A stretch of 64,000 nt of DNA from a virus. The position numbers and the translations under genes are program-made. Shown here piece by piece: positions 58,266 to 64,000 of this stretch (its first letter is position 1; every line of letters begins with the position of its first letter). The notes beneath the pieces were generated by a model. The model was not told the origin of the DNA. It searched no databases and was given only the letters and a program-made list of their open reading frames with translations. The DNA is taken from the IMG/VR virus record IMGVR_UViG_3300034198_015644, positions 32,001-96,000 of that record. One strand, written 5' to 3'.

Positions 58266-59069
58266 ATGTCTAAAAAATATATTAATTCTACTGAAGAAAG
58301 TTTAACAAAATACTTCCAAGAAGTTAGAAAAACGGACACCATTAATGGTGACAAGGAAGTAGAATTGGCTAAAAGGATTAAAAATGGAGATCAAGGAGCA
58401 ATTGAAGAATTGGTATCTGCAAATTTACGTTTTGTCATTAGTATAGCTAAAGACTATCAAAATGGCGGATTACCATTGTCAGATTTAATTTCCGAAGGAA
58501 ATTATGGTCTAATAACTGCGGCTAAAAGATTTGATCATACTAAAGGTTATAAATTTATTTCTTATGCGGTTTGGTGGATTCGACAATCAATTCTACAATC
58601 TTTGAATGAAAATGGTAGGATGGTTAGACTTCCTGCAAATGTAATTAATAAGATTACTAAGAATAAGAAAGAACTAGAAAAAATGGGGGCAAATTTTCAC
58701 GAATATGATTATGACAATAATAATATTGAAAATGATTATCCTTACGTCTTATCACTTAGTTCTCATATGAATGAAGATGGTGACGAGCTAATTGACCTCA
58801 TTGAGGATAAATCAGTTAAGAGACCTGATCATGATTTGATGAATGAAGGTGACATGAAATATGAAATAAATCAAGCACTTTCATATTTAAGTGAACGTGA
58901 ACGTAATATTATTGAATGTTATTTTGGTTTAAATGGTGAGAGAATGACTCTCGAAATGATTGGTGAGGAATATAATCTAACTAAAGAACGTGTTAGGCAG
59001 ATTAAAGAAAAGGCAATCAGGAAACTACGTTATAATTCAGATAAATTGTACGAATTTTTAAATAATTAA
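58266..59069 (+). CDS. RNA polymerase sigma70 factor, RpoD/SigA family lacking region 1.1
   Basis: Region 1.2 'SLTKYFQEV'; region 2 'ANLRFVISIAK..DLISEGNYGLITAAKRFD..KFISYAVWWIRQSI'; region 4 'TLEMIG....LTKERVRQIKEKAIRKL'. Confidence 0.92.
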   Translation: MSKKYINSTEESLTKYFQEVRKTDTINGDKEVELAKRIKNGDQGAIEELVSANLRFVISIAKDYQNGGLPLSDLISEGNYGLITAAKRFDHTKGYKFISYAVWWIRQSILQSLNENGRMVRLPANVINKITKNKKELEKMGANFHEYDYDNNNIENDYPYVLSLSSHMNEDGDELIDLIEDKSVKRPDHDLMNEGDMKYEINQALSYLSERERNIIECYFGLNGERMTLEMIGEEYNLTKERVRQIKEKAIRKLRYNSDKLYEFLNN

Positions 59070-59096
59070 TCGTATATTTATTATATAAAAAACAAC

Positions 59097-59417
59097 ATGG
59101 AATTTTTAAAAAAATGGGGTATTTTAATCATTACATTTTTTAATGTAATGATATTTTTTAGTACTTGTGGGACAAAATCTAAAATTGAAAAAGTAGAAAA
59201 AAGATTTAATGCCGTATTGTACAATGATTCTATACAAGGTGAAATAAATTCAATAGATAGAGAAATTTTATTGAATGAAACTTCAAGGGAGGTGGTCTAT
59301 AATTGGAATGCAATTGTTAGAACTACAGAAAGACCCGATGATGTGATGAATAAATACAACTTGAAGATAAAAGAGTTGGAAAAACAAAAAGAAAAATTAA
59401 AGAATGCTAAACAATAA
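59097..59417 (+). CDS. Small N-terminally anchored membrane/lipoprotein-like protein with coiled coil (possible lysis accessory)
   Basis: Hydrophobic N-terminus ending 'FFSTCG', then helical; located upstream of membrane and amidase-like genes. Confidence 0.5.
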   Translation: MEFLKKWGILIITFFNVMIFFSTCGTKSKIEKVEKRFNAVLYNDSIQGEINSIDREILLNETSREVVYNWNAIVRTTERPDDVMNKYNLKIKELEKQKEKLKNAKQ

Positions 59418-60270
59418 AAAAACTTTATTTTGGTTAATTCTTTCTAGTTTTTTATTAATTCCTTTAATTGTATCAGTAATATCTAGTATACACGTTATTA
59501 ACTTTTTTGAGTTATCTAATTTTACCGGTTTAGCAGTTGCATTGTCAATTTCATTTGAAATCGGAGCATTATCGGCATTGGCGGGTTTAGTGGTGATGGA
59601 TAAAATAAATAAAAATGTCATTTATTTTATTTTTATTCTATTAACCGCATACCAAATGATGGGTAACACTTATTATGCATACGATATGTTGTCACAAAAA
59701 ATGTTAATAAATCCGAACCTAATAAAAAATTGGACGGAACTTTTTGGTTTTGAAACTGACGACACTATATTAATGAAGAGGATAATCTCGATAATTTCAG
59801 GGGCAATATTACCAATTGTTTCACTTTGTTTTTTAGATCTTTCGGTAGACTATATTAAAAAATCATATCCTACAGAAACTATTCTAAATGAAGAGGTAAA
59901 AAAAAAACTTCTGACGATAGAGGATCAGACAATTGAACATATTGTTAATACTCCGATTAAGGAAAATGTTGAACCTGTGGTAACAATTGAACAACCAATT
60001 GTTCAAAATACTATAGAAAATGAACGACCAATAGTTGAAGACAATAAAATTTTGGTCGAAGAACCTTTTATTGATGAGGAAGATTTAGAAATAGAATCTC
60101 TTTTTAGTCCGAATACCCAACAAGCTGAGGTTATAACTGAGGAGGATAAAAAAATTATTAGAGATCAAATAAATGAAATTAAAAATAATGTTAAAGATAC
60201 TGAATCAACAGATAATACTATAAAAATGCGCCCTAAAGGTGGATTTCATAATGTAATTTATACAAAATGA
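59404..60270 (+). CDS. Multi-pass (about 4 TM) membrane protein with acidic C-terminal tail (holin candidate)
   Basis: Four hydrophobic segments in the N-terminal 150 aa; directly upstream of the amidase-like gene. Confidence 0.5.
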   Translation: MLNNKKTLFWLILSSFLLIPLIVSVISSIHVINFFELSNFTGLAVALSISFEIGALSALAGLVVMDKINKNVIYFIFILLTAYQMMGNTYYAYDMLSQKMLINPNLIKNWTELFGFETDDTILMKRIISIISGAILPIVSLCFLDLSVDYIKKSYPTETILNEEVKKKLLTIEDQTIEHIVNTPIKENVEPVVTIEQPIVQNTIENERPIVEDNKILVEEPFIDEEDLEIESLFSPNTQQAEVITEEDKKIIRDQINEIKNNVKDTESTDNTIKMRPKGGFHNVIYTK

Positions 60271-60881
60271 TTGACGTTAATAGTTATGTTTTAAGTAATA
60301 ATAATTATCATTTTTTAGAGACAGAAAAAAAACAAATTGTCATTGGGAATACATTTAATGTGGATATGAACCATTTTTTTGGGTGGACACATAGATCGAA
60401 TGGTAGTTATAAAAAAGTTTCCAATTTTACTATCGACACAGGAGGTAAGATTTACCAACACTTCGACTCCAATTACTATTCAGAATTTTTACCCAATTCT
60501 ATATATAATAAACATATAGTATCTATAGTTTTGGTTAACGAAGGTTGGTTAGATTATGATATAAAAGATAAAAAATATATAAATTGTTTTGGTAATGTTT
60601 ATCTTAAAGATAACATGATAGAAAAACGTTGGAGAAACCATAGTTTTTGGGATACTTATAGTGAAAAACAAATTGATTCTTTAACCGAATTAACCAAATA
60701 TTTATTAGAAAAACATAACATAATCAAAAAAGTATTAGGACATAACACTTACGTTAGAGATATAGTTGGATTTGAGGGGGTAACATATCGTAGTAATTGG
60801 ATAAAAGATAGTACCGATTTAAGTCCAAGTTTTGATTTTGAGATATTTAAAAATAAAATAGAAGACAATGGCATACAATGA
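60267..60881 (+). CDS. N-acetylmuramoyl-L-alanine amidase-fold (Amidase_2-like) protein with degenerate active site
   Basis: 'F.ID..GKIYQ.F', 'SI.L.NEG', 'Y...QIDSL..L...L', 'D.SP.FDF' match the fold, but the usual first His ligand is absent. Confidence 0.6.
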   Translation: MIDVNSYVLSNNNYHFLETEKKQIVIGNTFNVDMNHFFGWTHRSNGSYKKVSNFTIDTGGKIYQHFDSNYYSEFLPNSIYNKHIVSIVLVNEGWLDYDIKDKKYINCFGNVYLKDNMIEKRWRNHSFWDTYSEKQIDSLTELTKYLLEKHNIIKKVLGHNTYVRDIVGFEGVTYRSNWIKDSTDLSPSFDFEIFKNKIEDNGIQ

Positions 60882-61305
60882 TCCACTTAGAGACATCACG
60901 AGAGAGATGATCGATAAAATGTACGAAAATAAAACAAAAAAGTTAATCAGAGAAGAATTTGACGAAAAAATTGAGTTAAAAGAGGATGAAGCTAAAGAAG
61001 AAGAAAAAAAATTCAGGGAAACTGTATCACCAAGAGTAGAGTTTAAAAAATTTTTTATATACCCAAAAGCGTTTAATGTGGAATGGGCAGGAAAATTTAC
61101 TAGTTCTAATTTAGAATGGGTTTATTCGTTAGATACCAGTAATGGTGTTTATATTACAGGAGATTTAGTGCAATTAGATGATGATACTATGGAAATTTTG
61201 AAAAAATTAGTGGGTTATTATGAAACTTGGTCTAACGAATGGGCTAATAAGATTGCAGATAATTACGAATCTAAAAGTAAGGAATCGGGAGAAGAAACTA
61301 TTTAA
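60868..61305 (+). CDS. Hypothetical acidic phage protein
   Basis: 145 aa, overlaps the upstream stop. Confidence 0.55.
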   Translation: MAYNDPLRDITREMIDKMYENKTKKLIREEFDEKIELKEDEAKEEEKKFRETVSPRVEFKKFFIYPKAFNVEWAGKFTSSNLEWVYSLDTSNGVYITGDLVQLDDDTMEILKKLVGYYETWSNEWANKIADNYESKSKESGEETI

Positions 61306-61850
61306 TTTTTATCTTTCTTTTTTCTTTTTGTAATAAGTGAGACTATTTTAACTACCCCACCTATTATTAAACCCCAAAGACCGGTGTTTATTAAAGTTAA
61401 TATTATTGTGGTACATAGGAATAGCCAAAATCCTGCGGTGAAAAATTTATAAATACTTGGGACATATTTAACTTCTTTGGTTATGGTAATGTTAGTATTT
61501 TTATTTTCTGTTTTATACTTCTCTATTTGAGACTCTAATTTAGTGATTAAAAGATCTTTTTCGTCACAGTTGTTTTGTACACTGATTTTACCATTTTTTA
61601 CTTGGACTAGGCTACTACTACTTTTTGATCTGTATATAAAAACCGTATCTTTATTGCACGGTACTTCAAATTTTATAGTATCACCAGGTATTTTTATTAA
61701 TGTATCTTTATAAACAATTTCTGTTTTAGTTATAATACTATCTTTATTTACGTATATAATATTAGGTTTATTGACCTTACATGTGGTCAAAGTTAGAATT
61801 ATAAATACCCCTAAAAATAGGGTTAAATATTTGTTTATTAGTCTTTTCAT
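61302..61850 (-). CDS. Unimolecular spanin candidate (N-terminal lipoprotein signal, C-terminal TM)
   Basis: 'MKRLINKYLTLFLGVFIILTLTTC' lipobox-like signal, beta-rich middle, hydrophobic C-terminal segment followed by KRKKK. Confidence 0.6.
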   Translation of the reverse strand: MKRLINKYLTLFLGVFIILTLTTCKVNKPNIIYVNKDSIITKTEIVYKDTLIKIPGDTIKFEVPCNKDTVFIYRSKSSSSLVQVKNGKISVQNNCDEKDLLITKLESQIEKYKTENKNTNITITKEVKYVPSIYKFFTAGFWLFLCTTIILTLINTGLWGLIIGGVVKIVSLITKRKKKDKN

Positions 61851-61915
61851 CTCCCTATAAATACCAAAAATGATAAAAAAAATAAATATTTATATATTTA
61901 AGAATATTTATTAAT

Positions 61916-62200
61916 ATGAAGATTATAATAACCGAAAACCAACTAAAAGTCATTAGTGAAGCATTTACTCAAACAGATAAAACTGAAATTGAGAGAATTA
62001 TTAGGAAAGAAATAAAAGATGCTTTAGATGATAGTAAATTTAAGAAAAAAATCAAAGATTATATGGATGAAGAACATAAATCTAGAGATTTTGAAAAAAA
62101 ATTAGTCGAAGTTAGTAAAAATGTGTTGGTTCAGTTATTTAAACAAATGTACAATAAGAGAAGTGTTTGGACTTCAGGATTATCTAATGACCCAAGCTAA
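61916..62200 (+). CDS. Small hypothetical protein, N-terminal MKIIITENQL
   Basis: 94 aa with TATTTAT 4 nt upstream of the ATG. Confidence 0.6.
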   Translation: MKIIITENQLKVISEAFTQTDKTEIERIIRKEIKDALDDSKFKKKIKDYMDEEHKSRDFEKKLVEVSKNVLVQLFKQMYNKRSVWTSGLSNDPS

Positions 62201-63031
62201 ATGGATTTTAAGACAAATTTAACGGACAAAATTAAACAAGAATTTCGAAAAGGGGTGGATTCTTTACCTTCTTCGGCAAAAATGGGTATAGGCGTAATAA
62301 ACGAAAAAAAAGAAACCATTAAATTCAAAAGTTGGAGAAAATCCATAATAAACGCTTTAACATTTTTGGATAATGACTATGATTTAGGTATGCCAGGGGA
62401 GGATAAGAATAAACAAATATTTAAAGATGATTTAATAAATTTATTAGGAAATTGCCCAAATTACCGTTGTGTTTCTAAAATTTTAAAAAAGACTTTTAAA
62501 AATAAAGAAATAATAGATAACATTATGGATAAGGCATATGAAGATTATACCACAAAAGGTTTAAATCCTAAATCTAAAGATGAAACTACAACATCGGCTT
62601 CTTCGGGACAATATTCGGGTCCTTTGTTTGGAGGTACACCAAAATTTAAATCTAATGTAGATATTCATAGAACAGATGAAACTTTAAAGAAAAGTGAGAT
62701 AGAAAAATTAGTAAAAGAAACCATTCAAAATTTAAATACTGATGAATCTACAACTGCATCATCTGCTGGACCTTATGTAGGGACTGCAATATGGGCGAAG
62801 AATAGAGAAAATTGGAGAGGTAAAAATAAACTTTGGAAAGGTGGTAAATTTGTCTCAGTGAAAGAAAAATGTAAGAAATACCCATACTGTAATCAAAGTC
62901 CTGAGGCAATTATTCTAAGTGACGTGCCTATGGATAAATTAGACCATGTTTTTGAACGTTTAAGTAAGAAAACTAATAAACCTTATAGTTATATAAAAAG
63001 AATGTTTTTTAAACACTTTGATGTAAAATAA
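62201..63031 (+). CDS. Hypothetical protein with duplicated E(S/T)TT.SS.G.Y motifs and 'KCKKYPYCNQ'
   Basis: 276 aa, directly abutting the upstream stop codon. Confidence 0.55.
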   Translation: MDFKTNLTDKIKQEFRKGVDSLPSSAKMGIGVINEKKETIKFKSWRKSIINALTFLDNDYDLGMPGEDKNKQIFKDDLINLLGNCPNYRCVSKILKKTFKNKEIIDNIMDKAYEDYTTKGLNPKSKDETTTSASSGQYSGPLFGGTPKFKSNVDIHRTDETLKKSEIEKLVKETIQNLNTDESTTASSAGPYVGTAIWAKNRENWRGKNKLWKGGKFVSVKEKCKKYPYCNQSPEAIILSDVPMDKLDHVFERLSKKTNKPYSYIKRMFFKHFDVK

Positions 63032-63055
63032 AGTATTTATAATAAAATAAATAAA

Positions 63056-64000
63056 ATGACGAAGAAAGATATCTTAAATAAAATTAAAAGAACTATTTTA
63101 GGTGAGGACGCTGGGACACCAGGTATTACTGTTACTAAAAAAACCCAAAAAACGGAGAAAAAATTCAGTGACGACTATTATAAAGAAACTGATAAAAAAT
63201 TCAAAGATTATTTAGGTATCAAAAAAGATGATTTTGATGCCCTAAAAGTTAACGCAGATGAAAATCAAGAAAAGACTTATGGTGGATCGGGAATGGAAGG
63301 ATTAACATACGATAATGAAGGAACTGAAGTGGAAAAGAAATTTACTAAAAGAGTAAAAGACTTAAATAAACCATCAAAAGATTATTATCTTAAAAAAGAT
63401 GAAATTGATAATACATTTGAGAAATTAGAGAAGAAGTCTAAAACATATAAAGAGGATAAGAAAAAATTTCAGAATACACCACCTGTAAGGGCGGTACAAG
63501 CTGAAGGTACAATTAAAAGATTAACATATAAAACTGAATTTGTTAATGAATCGACTGCAATTAATTTGATTCCTGAAGAATTCAAACAAGATAGTTTGGT
63601 TTTTGAAATGACAGATGGAAATAAACTTATGAAAGTTAGATGGGAAGGAGGAAAGAATGGAAGGGCGGTAGTCTTATTATCTAAAGATGGTAAAAAAATA
63701 AATGAAGAATTAAATAGAATGTACCAATTATTTGAGTATAACTCTAGAGATACGTTTGGTAAAACCAATTTATTGACAGAAGAAAAAGAATTAGATAATA
63801 TGGTAAAAACTTTTAGAGGTAAGGATGAAACTGATCCTTCACCCGGAGTTGCAGCTAAAATTTCTCCACCTAAAGAAATGAACATAGAAGTAAGAGAAAA
63901 AGGAGATTTAATTAGTGCGGCAAAATATCTTGTAGATAAACCTGAAATTCCAGTCGCACCGGGAAATATAGCAAGTTATGATAAAAGACTTTCTAGTTGG
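63056..64000 (+). CDS. Hypothetical charged protein, 3'-truncated by the window edge (not in ORF track)
   Basis: ATG at 63056 (MTKKDILNKIKRTILGEDAG...), open to the end of the window; TATTTAT at 63034-63040. Confidence 0.65.
   Translation, partial: MTKKDILNKIKRTILGEDAGTPGITVTKKTQKTEKKFSDDYYKETDKKFKDYLGIKKDDFDALKVNADENQEKTYGGSGMEGLTYDNEGTEVEKKFTKRVKDLNKPSKDYYLKKDEIDNTFEKLEKKSKTYKEDKKKFQNTPPVRAVQAEGTIKRLTYKTEFVNESTAINLIPEEFKQDSLVFEMTDGNKLMKVRWEGGKNGRAVVLLSKDGKKINEELNRMYQLFEYNSRDTFGKTNLLTEEKELDNMVKTFRGKDETDPSPGVAAKISPPKEMNIEVREKGDLISAAKYLVDKPEIPVAPGNIASYDKRLSSW

Noticed and set aside
83-63885. Numerous short ORFs in the track nested in or antisense to long genes (e.g. 83-367, 716-1048, 1716-1970, 13452-13661, 57129-57527, 63469-63885)
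   Set aside because: They are shadow frames of well-supported genes, with no recognisable motifs.
1-64000. Stop-codon reassignment, tRNA/rRNA genes, inteins, transposases
   Set aside because: The standard code gives near-complete coding density with 12-14 kb ORFs. Intergenic gaps are short and AT-rich. No tRNA-like, intein or transposase motifs were seen by eye.

Overview
This is a very AT-rich, densely coding 64-kb segment of a large tailed (probably myovirus-type/jumbo) bacteriophage. The host is most likely in Bacteroidota: there are TTTG-N20-TAnnTTTG promoters, A-rich translation starts without Shine-Dalgarno sites, SprB-like repeats and a Bacteroidota-type short sigma70. Positions 1-48.5 kb are a + strand baseplate/tail module dominated by three adjacent adhesin-like genes (4101, 626 and 4829 aa). 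These are built from Cys-rich SprB-like Ig units carrying passenger domains: TIGR03803/GloVer beta-propellers, glycoside-hydrolase-like TIM barrels and CBM-like domains. Positions 48.5-59 kb hold DNA metabolism and transcription genes (RuvC-like resolvase, primase, DNA MTase, PD-(D/E)XK nuclease, Mre11/Rad50 pair, sigma70). Positions 59-64 kb hold lysis-like and probable head-associated genes. The main finding is that the 4101-aa and 626-aa proteins both stop in the middle of an Ig-like repeat unit. The missing closing 'C-x9-C' strand appears as an orphan in the NEXT gene product, just after its N-terminal passenger domain(s). This suggests a ~9,500-residue fibre chained head-to-tail from three polypeptides by strand complementation, possibly locked by disulfides. 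All family assignments come from motif recognition by eye; no database search was run.
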